Virus record (IMG/VR): IMGVR_UViG_3300045988_119379
Location: 87,113 to 151,112 of that record
From: a virus
DNA length: 64,000 nt
Strand: one strand, 5' to 3'
Below, in pieces: positions 1 to 10,388 of the stretch. The first letter of the stretch is position 1; the number at the start of each line of letters is the position of its first letter. Under the pieces are notes generated by a model. It was given only the letters and a program-made list of their open reading frames with translations, was not told the origin of the DNA and searched no databases. A program made the position numbers and the translations under genes.

Positions 1-64
1 ATCCGAGTCTGATTTCAAGGATTATTATCGTAAGATTTATGGTCGTGATCCCAATGCAGAGGAA

Positions 65-3000
65 ATGGCTGTTTTTCGTAATTCTAATGCTGATGTAGGT
101 AGTGCTATATTTGCCGCCAATATGGGTATAGTAGGATTATCTAACTGGCTTCTTTTTGGTAAGTATATAGGGTTAGGAGGCAAAGCTATACCAGGGTTGG
201 AAAAGAAGCTCAACAAGCATTTATTTGGATTAGGGACGGAAGTTGCGAAGCCGGGAGAGATGGCTATTAAAATAACCAATCCCAATATAGGACAGAAGAT
301 AGCAGGCAATGTTTTCAATATCATGAAAAGACCGGTATCTGAAGGCTTATGGGAAGAAGGATCTCAAGGTGCTGTCCAGAATACGGCTGAGGAATATGTT
401 AAGTCAAGATATGATAATGTCGCCATGAACGGAGCCGTTGATGTTCTTGATGCTATTTCTGAAGGATTTAAAAAGCAATATACGTCTAAAGAAGGATGGA
501 CTGAAATAGGAATCGGTGCTATTATCGGTTCTTTGTTCGGTATGAGGGAAGGCTTCTTTGGGTTGAAAGAGTATAGCAATAGTCAGATCTTGCTGGAAAG
601 GCAAGTGAATGAATACAACAAAGCATCTTCTAATCTTAACATGGCGGCTTTGAATACGTTGAAAAAATCAATGAGTTTAGGGCCTCAAGTTCGTTCCGAT
701 GCCCAGTCTATGACTGGTAAGGAGCTTGATGATGCTATGTTTGAAAAGATGTCTATTGACAACCAAATGGGAACCTTAGAGGATTCGGCTGAAAATTTCC
801 GGCAGATGATTGATATGATGCCTATTTCGGAAATAGCCGAAGCTAATGGAATGTCTTTGGAAGAGGCAAAGAAATACAAGGACTCTATTATTGATAATTA
901 TAACAATCGTCTTTCGGATTTCAGATCTGCCCAGAGTTTTGCCGAAGATCTTATAGGTGATGATTCTAAGATTGAGTTTAGGAAATACGTGGCTCGTAAT
1001 GCTTTCCTTGGTCTTCAATCGGAATCAAGAATGAAAGACATAGCTTCTGTCATAGAAACGCTTTCGGGTCAGCCTCGCGTGGCGGATGCTCTAAGTACGT
1101 TCTCCCGGCTGTCGGACAGGGCAAGGGAGCGGGCGATGGCTATCCGTGGCATACGGTCAAGGATAGAAGAACTTGAATCCGAAATAGAAGATCTTGCTAC
1201 CCGCCCTCGTAATGTAGAAGGGAAAGATCCGCAAGCTGAATCCATACAACGAAAAACCAAAGAATTGGAAAGCCTTAGAACCAATTATAACAATTCGTTG
1301 TCTGAGTTATCAACGTTAATAGGAAAAGAGTTTTCGATAGAAGAGTTGGTAAGTAAAACCGAATCTGTTTTATCATCTCCTCTTTCTCCCATAAGTTCAC
1401 AAGATGTAATAGAAGCCTATGATACACTTGTGGCTTTTGATGATTATTTTAATGTAAAATCAAGACAGGAAAAGAAGTTTACAGCCAAAGACAAAGCCAT
1501 GAGATCCTTGGTAAATGAATACCGAAGGAGTTTGATGGACTATAGGAATATGAATAACTTCTTGTCTAAGATGCTTGATAAAAGATTCTTAGCTGAGGAA
1601 AACAGGGGATTTTCAAAAGCGCTGTCTTCTCTATGGTCTACTCCTTATAAGGGGGATGACAAGGTTCCTGATTTTGCAGAGCCTAATAAAGTCGGTGAAT
1701 ATGATACTGATGAGGTAGTAGATCAAGCTGTGTCAGAAGGTAAGATTTCGGAAGACGAAGCTTGGACTATCAAGGCTTTTATGCATGCTCTTGATAAAGT
1801 AAGGGAAGATAGGATGAAGGAAGCAGAAGATGATATAAAAGAGTCACCGCTTACGGAGTCTGTATCGGATGAAGATTATGAGGCTGCTATGGATAATCCT
1901 ATTATGGTTCCGGCCGTAAGGCAGTCTATAATTGATAAACTATATACAGGTAATACCGATCTTCTTACTGCGAGAGAAAAAGATGTGTATGATAAATATA
2001 AACAAGATTTTGATGATTATGTATCGTCTTTGGGTGACAGTCCTGTTAATCTCATAAAATCATTATCTGAGAAGGCTGATAGGCTTACAAGTCCGAGATC
2101 TGTGTATGAGGATAATAAAGCTATTATTGATATGGCTAAATCCAATTTAGAACCAGATCAAAGGAAGGAGCTTGATGATGCTATTTCTTCGTATGTTGAC
2201 ATAATGAACAGACGGGATAAAGGGGAGAAGGTTGACGAAGATAAGCTTGCCGATTCGGTATTTACCATAGAAGATCTTGGCCAGGTTGGAAACATCACAG
2301 ATCTCCTTCCTTATATCGAACAAAACAGGATTATTGATAAAGGTCGTATTTCCGAATCTACGTTAAGTAATTTTGGAGAGGATGATGTTAATATAGATTC
2401 TCTTGTAAATGAATTAGACGAATCTGACAATACACCGGGAGCTAACATAGATAGCGTCCAGAATCCAGAGACGTTGATGGTAAGAAGAATCTATAATGAT
2501 GGAAATGAAAGGTATGAAATTGCGGGTCTTAGAGCCGATAAATTCATATCTTCCATAAAATCATTGGTTCCTATTCAAATAAGCTCTGAAATGAACGCTA
2601 ATGGTACTAAAAGGTATTCTCTTAACATAGGTGGAGAAACGGCTACTATAATGGAATTACCTTATCATGCGAGATGGTCTATAGACAAAGAATCGGCTCG
2701 TGTTCTTAACCGTTACACAGATGTGTCTATTCAGGACGTGGGTAATTCATATTCTTTGGTTTATAAGCGTCTTGATTCAGATGAGTTGGTTCCGTACAGA
2801 ACAGGTGTTGGATTCGGAGAGAATGAGGTAGATAAAATAGATCAGGAAGCATTATCTTCTTTGAAAAAAGGAGATAGGGTTAATCTCGAAATAGATGTAA
2901 ATGATACCTACAATCAGTCTCTTTTTACAGAATACAATAACGCTGTTCAGTCCGGCGATAAAAAAAGAATAGAATCTGCTGAAAATAAACTGGTGTCCAA

Positions 3001-5626
3001 TATGGTTATCAAGGTTATGAGTGGGAACAGATTCGTTTCTGTTGTAAAAGCTGACACAGGAGGTATAGATGGTATAAGTAAGATAAGAAGAACGGCTTTT
3101 AACAAGTGGAAGAAGGACGCCGGCCGGTCGGCTACCATCAGCGTCGGCACGCATGTTGTTGCCCAGACCCTTCCCGGAAGACCGGTGTTTAACATGAAGG
3201 TAAACGGCCAAGGATATGGCCAGGTAGAAAATCTCCCTATTACCGAAAAAGGTGCTGAAAAAGTATCTGATGTAGGATATGTATTAAATGGCAAAGTTGT
3301 GCTTAAGAACGGCTCTAAATACACAGGCTTCCCGTTTGCTTATTCTATATTAAATGACAAGGGAAATAATTACAAAAATGTAAGAGTTCCGGTAGTTGTT
3401 ATCAAGGGTAAAAACGGTCTTAATTATCTTTTCCCTGTTAGTCTACGTTCTGTAGAATCAGAGGAAGGGCAGAAATGGATGTCTTTTATAGATATGCTGC
3501 TTGAATCCGGTGACTCTGAATTGTTACAGATGGGTCAAGACGATATACAAGATCTTAATGCGTATCTAACCAAGTTAGGCCTTGATCCAGCTTCGTATCA
3601 AGTATCGTACTTGAATCCTATTTCAGGGCTTAGAAAAGCTCGTGAGGCTATAGAGGAATTATCTACGGTTCCTGATGTTGTTAAGTGGATAGAAGATGGA
3701 AGTAGGAGCGTTAAAGACATTGTGATGTCTGAGGTAGAATCTGGAATAGATTTCGAAGGTGAGATGTTTGTTGCTCCTAAGATCAGGATCCAGTTTGGTA
3801 AATCATCTTCCAGACCTAAATCGCTTATAGAGGACGATCTTCCTTTCTCTGATGAGGGTAAGACCGTTACTTCTAAGGAAGACGTGGAAGTTTATGAAGA
3901 GGAAATGCCAGAGGAAGGGACTGTTCGGGAGGCTCAGCCGGCACCATCGGCTCAACCGGCTCCTGCGGCACAAGCTGCGCGGTCTTTACCTGGCAAGAAG
4001 CGTACTTCCAGGAAAAACTTCTCTATTATGTTGAGTGAAATAGAATTTCATACAGAAAAAGAGGGATTGCCGCCTTATGCTAATATTTTTGATTTTATAG
4101 CAAGGAAGATTGTAGGAGGTGATTTGAGGTTTCTTCGTGAGAGAGGTAATCCTAAAAGCCTTAAGGAAGAAATGGGATTAGAACCTAAAGGAACAGTAGG
4201 TGATAAAATATCCACTCCTTCCAGTAAAGGTGGTAAGACTTTAGAAGAATACGTTTCTTGGCTTCGTTCTCAAACAGATCAGGTGGTGGTTGATTATGTT
4301 GGGCCAAGGTCTGATGAACAAATTATATCAGAGTTGAAAAACTTTTTGAAATATATTAATTTTGTTCCAAGCAAGGCTTTGAATTATTCCCTTAGAGTCA
4401 ATGGCATGGAAGCCCTAAAAGAGTACGGAACCAAGGAAGAGATTGATGCTATGGAGTCTAGTATCAATAGTTTGGTGTCCGTAGAAGTCCCGGCAGTTAA
4501 TGACCAGGTTGTAGAAGAAGTGGCCACCGCCATCGAATCAGGTAATTTACCTGCTATATGGAAGCCGATGGAAAGCATTGATATGACCGATGAAGAGAAG
4601 GTTGAATTTTTAAACAATATAGCGGATTTCCTTGGCAGCATACCAGGATATGATGCTGTTGTGGAGTCTATAGAGTCAGAATCAGATAATATTTTAAATG
4701 ATGGAAAAGAAGGAAGTGCAGAAGGCGGTGCAGTACGCACTGAGGAAGATGGCGATAAAAAGGGAGATGGAGAAGGCAAAGGACAATCCAGAACAAATGT
4801 CGAAGTTGAAAGAAATGTCGAATTACCTGGATCTGAAGAAGGAAGAGTAGATAACTATAGGAAGAACGGAGATAAGTTCTCTGACATTGCTGAAGTTACT
4901 TTATGGCTACTTAGAAGGGCTGCCGGCATAACCTCTATCCCGGAAGGAGAAGAGGTTTATGTAGAGGGAGATGAGGTTAATAGTATTATGACCGATATGG
5001 AGTCCAGGTATGGGATAGATACCATCAACCACTCACATACGACTAAGGCTATAAGGGATCTTGACGGCGTGTCAGGTTATAAAGTAGAATACGGCTTAAC
5101 CTTTTTGACATACGATCCTTTTATTAGAATATCCAATCCAAGGAAAGAATCTAAGGCTGCGAAAGACGAACCTCGTATATCTGAAGAACCGCTTACTTAC
5201 ATATCAAGGGTAACGACCCCTTATTTCTTGTACGGCGGTGATGAAGCATATACGTCTGTTCCAGCTAAGGTAGAACCTATACCAGAGGAGATAATGGCTC
5301 GTAACGGCATTAAATTTGGTATGAGTGTAACTGAGCTAACCAAATCAGGGTACAAAAAAGCTGGTGGAAACTGGATATACAAATTCTACATGAACTCAGG
5401 TGTGTATGATTTATATAATATCAGTACCGGAGAAGCGTTTAGGGTAAAACCGGATCTTGGAGTTAAGATAAGTTCCAGCGCATTCATCCGTTCTTTATCT
5501 CAATCTGGTAGGAAAATACAAAATATGATGAGTAGCATGAGCCAGGAAGAGATAGATAGGAATAAGAATCTTGTAGAAGGTTCTGATAATTCGGATTCGA
5601 TAAATGAGTTAAATAAGGAGTGTTGA
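65..5626 (+). CDS. giant hypothetical protein (>1853 aa); frame is open to the window 5' edge so it is probably 5'-truncated. Coiled-coil and acidic low-complexity segments plus a PAPSAQPAPAAQA linker. Possible virion/ejection protein.
   Basis: 5.5 kb uninterrupted frame on +; frame 2 is open from nt 2; GAGGA 1 nt upstream of ATG65; no catalytic motif recognised. Confidence 0.7.
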   Translation: MAVFRNSNADVGSAIFAANMGIVGLSNWLLFGKYIGLGGKAIPGLEKKLNKHLFGLGTEVAKPGEMAIKITNPNIGQKIAGNVFNIMKRPVSEGLWEEGSQGAVQNTAEEYVKSRYDNVAMNGAVDVLDAISEGFKKQYTSKEGWTEIGIGAIIGSLFGMREGFFGLKEYSNSQILLERQVNEYNKASSNLNMAALNTLKKSMSLGPQVRSDAQSMTGKELDDAMFEKMSIDNQMGTLEDSAENFRQMIDMMPISEIAEANGMSLEEAKKYKDSIIDNYNNRLSDFRSAQSFAEDLIGDDSKIEFRKYVARNAFLGLQSESRMKDIASVIETLSGQPRVADALSTFSRLSDRARERAMAIRGIRSRIEELESEIEDLATRPRNVEGKDPQAESIQRKTKELESLRTNYNNSLSELSTLIGKEFSIEELVSKTESVLSSPLSPISSQDVIEAYDTLVAFDDYFNVKSRQEKKFTAKDKAMRSLVNEYRRSLMDYRNMNNFLSKMLDKRFLAEENRGFSKALSSLWSTPYKGDDKVPDFAEPNKVGEYDTDEVVDQAVSEGKISEDEAWTIKAFMHALDKVREDRMKEAEDDIKESPLTESVSDEDYEAAMDNPIMVPAVRQSIIDKLYTGNTDLLTAREKDVYDKYKQDFDDYVSSLGDSPVNLIKSLSEKADRLTSPRSVYEDNKAIIDMAKSNLEPDQRKELDDAISSYVDIMNRRDKGEKVDEDKLADSVFTIEDLGQVGNITDLLPYIEQNRIIDKGRISESTLSNFGEDDVNIDSLVNELDESDNTPGANIDSVQNPETLMVRRIYNDGNERYEIAGLRADKFISSIKSLVPIQISSEMNANGTKRYSLNIGGETATIMELPYHARWSIDKESARVLNRYTDVSIQDVGNSYSLVYKRLDSDELVPYRTGVGFGENEVDKIDQEALSSLKKGDRVNLEIDVNDTYNQSLFTEYNNAVQSGDKKRIESAENKLVSNMVIKVMSGNRFVSVVKADTGGIDGISKIRRTAFNKWKKDAGRSATISVGTHVVAQTLPGRPVFNMKVNGQGYGQVENLPITEKGAEKVSDVGYVLNGKVVLKNGSKYTGFPFAYSILNDKGNNYKNVRVPVVVIKGKNGLNYLFPVSLRSVESEEGQKWMSFIDMLLESGDSELLQMGQDDIQDLNAYLTKLGLDPASYQVSYLNPISGLRKAREAIEELSTVPDVVKWIEDGSRSVKDIVMSEVESGIDFEGEMFVAPKIRIQFGKSSSRPKSLIEDDLPFSDEGKTVTSKEDVEVYEEEMPEEGTVREAQPAPSAQPAPAAQAARSLPGKKRTSRKNFSIMLSEIEFHTEKEGLPPYANIFDFIARKIVGGDLRFLRERGNPKSLKEEMGLEPKGTVGDKISTPSSKGGKTLEEYVSWLRSQTDQVVVDYVGPRSDEQIISELKNFLKYINFVPSKALNYSLRVNGMEALKEYGTKEEIDAMESSINSLVSVEVPAVNDQVVEEVATAIESGNLPAIWKPMESIDMTDEEKVEFLNNIADFLGSIPGYDAVVESIESESDNILNDGKEGSAEGGAVRTEEDGDKKGDGEGKGQSRTNVEVERNVELPGSEEGRVDNYRKNGDKFSDIAEVTLWLLRRAAGITSIPEGEEVYVEGDEVNSIMTDMESRYGIDTINHSHTTKAIRDLDGVSGYKVEYGLTFLTYDPFIRISNPRKESKAAKDEPRISEEPLTYISRVTTPYFLYGGDEAYTSVPAKVEPIPEEIMARNGIKFGMSVTELTKSGYKKAGGNWIYKFYMNSGVYDLYNISTGEAFRVKPDLGVKISSSAFIRSLSQSGRKIQNMMSSMSQEEIDRNKNLVEGSDNSDSINELNKEC

Positions 5627-5628
5627 GT

Positions 5629-6159
5629 ATGAGAAGAAGATTTTTTAATGCTGCGGATAATTTTATGGGAGGATGTTATAATAAGTTATCTAATGAAGAT
5701 ATAAAAAGGCTTGGAGGAAAAAGACCTTATGTATGTCAGTTTAATAAAATTCATATACATATAGGGCCTGTATTAAAAGATCATGATTCCGATGTTAGTT
5801 ACATAATGTTTAATAGTAATTGGAATTATGGTGGTTATGAATCTATGGTTTATCATCATAGCAATAGTGGTATTTTTATATTAGGTGAAAACAAAATTGG
5901 TAATATAGAAGACCATATACAAGATCTAACATATTGGTACGAATATGATCCAAGCATTAATGAAAATTATTGTTATTTTTATTATGAGGCTAATAACAGC
6001 GGAAATGCTATCAAGTTGAATGGTGAGTTTGGTAGTACCAGTACTGTTTTCAACATTCCCAGCTTGGAAGTCACCACTCTTCGTGATGGCAGTTTGAGTT
6101 TTCCGGAGATTTATATAGAAGGAGTTTGGGATCCGTCATTGTATAAGTCAGTTTTATAA
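5629..6159 (+). CDS. hypothetical protein (176 aa)
   Basis: ATG at 5629 preceded by AAGGAG (5615-5620) with 8-nt spacer; overlaps stop of upstream giant gene; TAA stop. Confidence 0.6.
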   Translation: MRRRFFNAADNFMGGCYNKLSNEDIKRLGGKRPYVCQFNKIHIHIGPVLKDHDSDVSYIMFNSNWNYGGYESMVYHHSNSGIFILGENKIGNIEDHIQDLTYWYEYDPSINENYCYFYYEANNSGNAIKLNGEFGSTSTVFNIPSLEVTTLRDGSLSFPEIYIEGVWDPSLYKSVL

Positions 6160-6185
6160 TTAACTTTGCAAAAAAGTTAATCACT

Positions 6186-8441
6186 ATGGGTGTCAAATGT
6201 CAGATAGAAAAGAAGGAAAATAAAATAGAACGGGTTGAGGCTCCTAACGGTGAGCCTTCCGTTCTTTATGAAAGTGCCTTAAAATTATTGGGAAATAGCG
6301 AGCGAGCTCTTCAAGTATGGGCTAAGGCTTACACCTCTAATTTTTTGTCGTATTATGGTCATTGGAATAACCCGGCTCCAGGGGAGATGTTTAATACCGA
6401 TCCCAATGGCGAACCTCTTTTAGAAGATGTGCTGTCGTATATGAAGCGTCAGGCTTATTTTTCCGATCCTTTAACGGCTCAGGATGTTAAGGACGTAAGA
6501 GATGTTATGATATCCAATTCCATATATAGTATAAGATCTCTTATTAATAGAGTTATAAGCTCTTTTTATGTGGATGGTAATCTTATCCTAAATGAAGAAA
6601 ATCTAAGGAGATCCGGTTTGTATAATGAGACGGAAATAAGTAGGATATTAGATAATCCTTCTGCACTCAATGAGGTTAGCTCTTTTATGAGGCTATTATT
6701 AGACTATTCCAATAACGAACACGATCTCGGGAAAGAGTCTTACTTCACAACCGTAGAAAAACCATACGGCCCTGTTGTGTATAAAAATGGCGTCTTCAAT
6801 AAATTAGGAAAGAGAGTATCATATAATCCGGCTGAAGTTTACGAGGCTATAAAAAATACAGTAGGAGGTATTAGTGTTGCTTCAGAGTTTGATGCTGCTT
6901 TCGAATCTTTATCTGATTCATATCCGGAATTAGTTGAAAGATATCAGTCGGATAAGAGTTTTGCCTTGTCGCTGTTCAACGAATTTTCGAATATGAACAT
7001 CGTTCCGGTTGTAACTTTAGAAGATAATAATATCGTAGAAGGGAAGAGACGGTCATTATCAAAGTTGCAAGATTATGCTTATTACAGCCCTATTAACGCT
7101 GAGTCATTACGAGCTCGTATATCAGCCTTTCTAAATAGGGTTAATGCTGATACAGAAGAAGACCTTAGAAGTATGATATGGGACGTAGAAGAGGCTTGTG
7201 TGGGTCTTGGTATAGATATCGTAGGCGTGTCTAAGGCATATGACGGAACAGAAGAATCGCTGAATAAAATTGATAGCTTGATGCTGGATCTTGATATTTA
7301 TGTAGCAAGGCGCAACGATGATACTTATGCTCCTACCTTAGCTTCTGCTATCGATGACGTTCTTGGAGATAGCAAGGATCGCCGTGTTATGTTTCTGCCA
7401 GAGTATATGGATAATATGAATATCGTTTATATGGAATCTGACACAGATCCGGTATCGGCATTTGAAAATCATTCTCTGCTTTATCTTGGTGGAAACCTAT
7501 ATCATAAGGTAGAAAGAGATAATTTAGGTGATTTGTACGATATGGCTGCCGAGCTTGCCAAGCAGAGTCTGACTTATTTCCCACCTGGCATCTATCCTGA
7601 ATATTGTTTTAAAGATGGTGTTTTAGATAAGCTCCGCGTGAAAAACGTAGATAGTAAGGCCCTTGCTGATTCTATTAAAAAATATGTCCTGTCTTATACC
7701 GATTCTCAGAATACGGAAGAGATGAATGCTACCAGATTGGCGTTCGGTCATCTTGTTGTTCCAGGAAGCCCGTATGTTAATGAAGAACGGGAGTTTAGCC
7801 GATATATAAACAGAAAGCAGGACAAAGATAATCCTTTACTCTTATTCGATTTATACCAATCTTATCTTGAAAATAAGCTTCATAATACAGAAGTGTACGA
7901 AGGGGCATACAAGTATCTTGATTTCAAACCAGATCATTTGCTGGGTCTTACCGTTTCGGATCCGGATACGTTAAAACAAATTGAATTGTCTTTGGCAGGT
8001 AATAATCGTGAGCAGTTATTTGAGTATAGCATGAGCAGTACCGATCCTTCTTTTACAGATCTGTTCTATTTGGATTATTATGATATGTTATATGCCGGTT
8101 CTGATTTCTATCACGATCTTTTTACAAAACATCCTAATCTCTTAAATGAGGTTCGGGATCATAACATAACTAATCAGGATGATAATGTTATCGTAGAAGG
8201 TTTGTATGATAATTTTATCAGAATAAGAAATACGGTCTTCACTAAAGTCGGCGAGAGTAGTTCCGGCTCTATCTACCAAAATCTGACAGGAACCGAATCG
8301 GAGGTGAAATACGATTCTACTCAGAAGGCTAAGACGGTAGAAACCGATTACGCTCCATACCAAAACAGATCTGGCTTGACGCAAGACATGACCGTAAGCA
8401 AGTCTGAATTGGATGATCTTAATAAATTGGAATGCAGGTAA
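6186..8441 (+). CDS. large hypothetical protein (751 aa)
   Basis: long uninterrupted ORF co-directional with giant genes; followed by hairpin terminator at 8485-8518. Confidence 0.7.
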   Translation: MGVKCQIEKKENKIERVEAPNGEPSVLYESALKLLGNSERALQVWAKAYTSNFLSYYGHWNNPAPGEMFNTDPNGEPLLEDVLSYMKRQAYFSDPLTAQDVKDVRDVMISNSIYSIRSLINRVISSFYVDGNLILNEENLRRSGLYNETEISRILDNPSALNEVSSFMRLLLDYSNNEHDLGKESYFTTVEKPYGPVVYKNGVFNKLGKRVSYNPAEVYEAIKNTVGGISVASEFDAAFESLSDSYPELVERYQSDKSFALSLFNEFSNMNIVPVVTLEDNNIVEGKRRSLSKLQDYAYYSPINAESLRARISAFLNRVNADTEEDLRSMIWDVEEACVGLGIDIVGVSKAYDGTEESLNKIDSLMLDLDIYVARRNDDTYAPTLASAIDDVLGDSKDRRVMFLPEYMDNMNIVYMESDTDPVSAFENHSLLYLGGNLYHKVERDNLGDLYDMAAELAKQSLTYFPPGIYPEYCFKDGVLDKLRVKNVDSKALADSIKKYVLSYTDSQNTEEMNATRLAFGHLVVPGSPYVNEEREFSRYINRKQDKDNPLLLFDLYQSYLENKLHNTEVYEGAYKYLDFKPDHLLGLTVSDPDTLKQIELSLAGNNREQLFEYSMSSTDPSFTDLFYLDYYDMLYAGSDFYHDLFTKHPNLLNEVRDHNITNQDDNVIVEGLYDNFIRIRNTVFTKVGESSSGSIYQNLTGTESEVKYDSTQKAKTVETDYAPYQNRSGLTQDMTVSKSELDDLNKLECR

Positions 8442-8484
8442 TTTTTGTATACATATAATATAGTTTTTTCATAATTACGATTTG

Positions 8485-8518
8485 GAAAGTGAGGCTTGTG
8501 AAAGTCTCACTTTTCTTG
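8485..8518 (+). terminator. rho-independent terminator (GAAAGTGAG / CTCACTTTT stem, 12-nt loop, TTTTCTT tail)
   Basis: 9-bp stem followed by T-run 45 nt after the stop of the 751-aa gene. Confidence 0.6.
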
Positions 8519-9032
8519 CATATGCACGTATATCAACAACATACAAGAAAAGTTAGATTTTCATTGTTTATGGATTATTTTTATTAAGTTTGCGATATTA
8601 GTTTCAGGAAGGGATTATAGAAAATAGGAAAAAGTAAGAACAGAACGTAACTAATAACAGTAGGAAATGAGAACCAGTACCATCAAACGTAATAACAGCA
8701 TTCATCTTATGTATAAAAACATTATGAATGATTTAGGTCAATTAAGAACTGTAGTTTCAAAATCCTATATTTATAATCTGATACAAAATCAAACCGGATT
8801 AAGTATCAGAACTATATCCCATGTATTTAACCATACCAAAGAACAGGATACGGATTCTTTGTGAAAAGCATGTATTTTCATACATTTGTTCGTTCTTTAG
8901 TTTTAGTAGGGAAAAGTTTTTCATGGTATTTTAGTTTAGATTAGTTGAGGCAGGATTCGCAGTGATGCGGATCCTGTTTTGATTTACAGCGCTTTACCCA
9001 AAAAGGAAAAGCGAAAGTTGCTGATTATCAAT

Positions 9033-9054
9033 TTTTCCCCATAAATGGGGAAAA
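9033..9054. promoter_or_regulatory. perfect 22-bp palindrome TTTTCCCCAT-AA-ATGGGGAAAA in long intergenic region (candidate operator/protein-binding site)
   Basis: 10-bp arms exactly reverse-complementary with 2-nt centre; lies 145 nt upstream of ATG 9199. Confidence 0.4.
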
Positions 9055-9198
9055 CTACTCGTTGTATATTATATTTCCGTTTTTACTGAAAATCCTTCCA
9101 TTTTATCGGAAACAAACTCAGCCTTGTTCCACCCTGCAATCATGATCTTTGTTACGTGCTTCATGCACGTATGTTTAACAATTAAATACTATAAAATT

Positions 9199-9495
9199 AT
9201 GGGTGGTGATAAAATCGTCCTTTTAGATGGAGCCGGGGCTAACGGTGGTGGTGCAGCCACTAACGGTCTTCTTTCAATGATTCCCGGCATGTTTGCTAAT
9301 TTGATAGGTGGTAATAAAATGGATCCGAATCTGGTGGCGGCTTTGATGAACGGTCGTAACAACCAGGACGGTTTCGGTGGGGCTAACGGTTGGTGGCTCT
9401 GGATAATTGTTTTGTTCTGGCTGTGGGGTGGACGCGGCTTCGGTAACGGTTTTGGAAATGGCGGTGATTGTTGTGCCAATGGTTTGCCGGGATAA
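9199..9495 (+). CDS. Gly/Asn-rich small membrane protein (98 aa) with one hydrophobic segment (WWLWIIVLFWLW) and a C-terminal vicinal Cys pair (GDCCANG)
   Basis: ATG 9199 chosen over the track's upstream alt-start; TAA stop; composition GGGAATNG, GFGNGFGNGG. Confidence 0.55.
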   Translation: MGGDKIVLLDGAGANGGGAATNGLLSMIPGMFANLIGGNKMDPNLVAALMNGRNNQDGFGGANGWWLWIIVLFWLWGGRGFGNGFGNGGDCCANGLPG

Positions 9496-9895
9496 CCAGC
9501 TTCGCACGTTGGAACAAACCAATGTCTTGCAGAACGGTCTCAACCAAGGTCTGGCTAACAATCGTGAGCAAGCTACAAGCCAATTCAATATCTTGTCTGC
9601 GAAACTTGACGCCCAAACCGTTATGATCAACGACAAATTCTGTCAGTTGGAAATGAGGGAGATGCAGAACACTATTGCTCAACTTCGTGAAGAAAAAGCG
9701 GCTTTGACAGCTTCGGCATTATCTCAGCAACAAACCCAGAATATCGTTGGTCAATTACGCCCGACGGCCGTCCCGGCCTACCCCTCTTGCTCTCCTTACC
9801 AGGCTTATACTTGGGGACAGGTATTCGGAGGAGGTTGCTGTAATAACGGATGCGGATGTAACAACGGATGTTGCAATAACAACGCTGCTGTCTGA
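9479..9895 (+). CDS. coiled-coil protein (138 aa) with Cys/Gly/Asn repeat tail GGGCCNNGCGCNNGCCNNN
   Basis: ATG 9479 overlaps end of upstream gene by 17 nt in another frame; TGA stop; nucleotide-level repeat aacggatg in tail. Confidence 0.5.
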   Translation: MVCRDNQLRTLEQTNVLQNGLNQGLANNREQATSQFNILSAKLDAQTVMINDKFCQLEMREMQNTIAQLREEKAALTASALSQQQTQNIVGQLRPTAVPAYPSCSPYQAYTWGQVFGGGCCNNGCGCNNGCCNNNAAV

Positions 9896-9918
9896 TTTTA
9901 TTAAGAAAGGAGGCTAAT

Positions 9919-10332
9919 ATGGCTTGTGTTTCTAAAATAGGATCGTTGTATGAGATGGTTACGAAGAATGTTATTGTCAGTACGACAAATACAGTCTTCG
10001 GTATTAACCCACGGGCTTGGATCGCCCTTCCGTGTGAGGGTCTTATCCTTCTTAAGATAAGGCAAGTAGTCCCCACAGCCGGAAGTGCTCTACCGGTACA
10101 GATTGCGGTCCCGGCAAACAGTACAGTTTCAACAGTAGGAGCCGACACCTGTTGCCCGGTTGCGGGAGTGAATGTCGTGAACCCTATTAACGTAGCTGTA
10201 ACGGGTGCTGCTATGGTAAATGGCACAGAACGCCTTCTGTACTTCAATAAAGTTCGTGGCGTGTTAAGATTAATGGATTGCTGTGTTCCAGTAGCGGCAG
10301 CCCAGGCGTCTGAAGTTAAAGCAGGTAAATGA
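9919..10332 (+). CDS. hypothetical protein (137 aa) with two vicinal Cys pairs (TCCPVAG, DCCVPVA)
   Basis: strong SD AAAGGAGG 9905-9912 then ATG 9919; TGA stop. Confidence 0.6.
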   Translation: MACVSKIGSLYEMVTKNVIVSTTNTVFGINPRAWIALPCEGLILLKIRQVVPTAGSALPVQIAVPANSTVSTVGADTCCPVAGVNVVNPINVAVTGAAMVNGTERLLYFNKVRGVLRLMDCCVPVAAAQASEVKAGK

Positions 10333-10388
10333 TTTCAGTAGGGTGATGAAGATCATCACCCTATTTTCACCTAACTAATATTTTGATC

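Noticed and set aside
2852-4779. - strand ORFs inside the first giant + gene (2852-3211, 2947-3324, 4384-4779; also 14733-15065, 17233-17688 and 18706-19224 inside the 2140-aa gene)
   Set aside because: They are antisense to long uninterrupted coding frames and have Ser/Pro/Leu-rich compositions typical of shadow ORFs. There is no room for them in a phage genome this compact.
8667-8864. 65-aa ORF in the 8.4-9.2 kb intergenic region
   Set aside because: It has no RBS, an Asn/Ile-rich low-complexity translation, and sits between terminator and palindrome elements. It is more likely non-coding.
9124-9198. Upstream extension of the Gly-rich gene (track start 9124) and of genes at 12627 and 19714
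   Set aside because: The extensions begin at non-ATG alternative starts and, for 12627 and 19714, run straight through strong terminator hairpins. The internal ATGs after the terminators were preferred.
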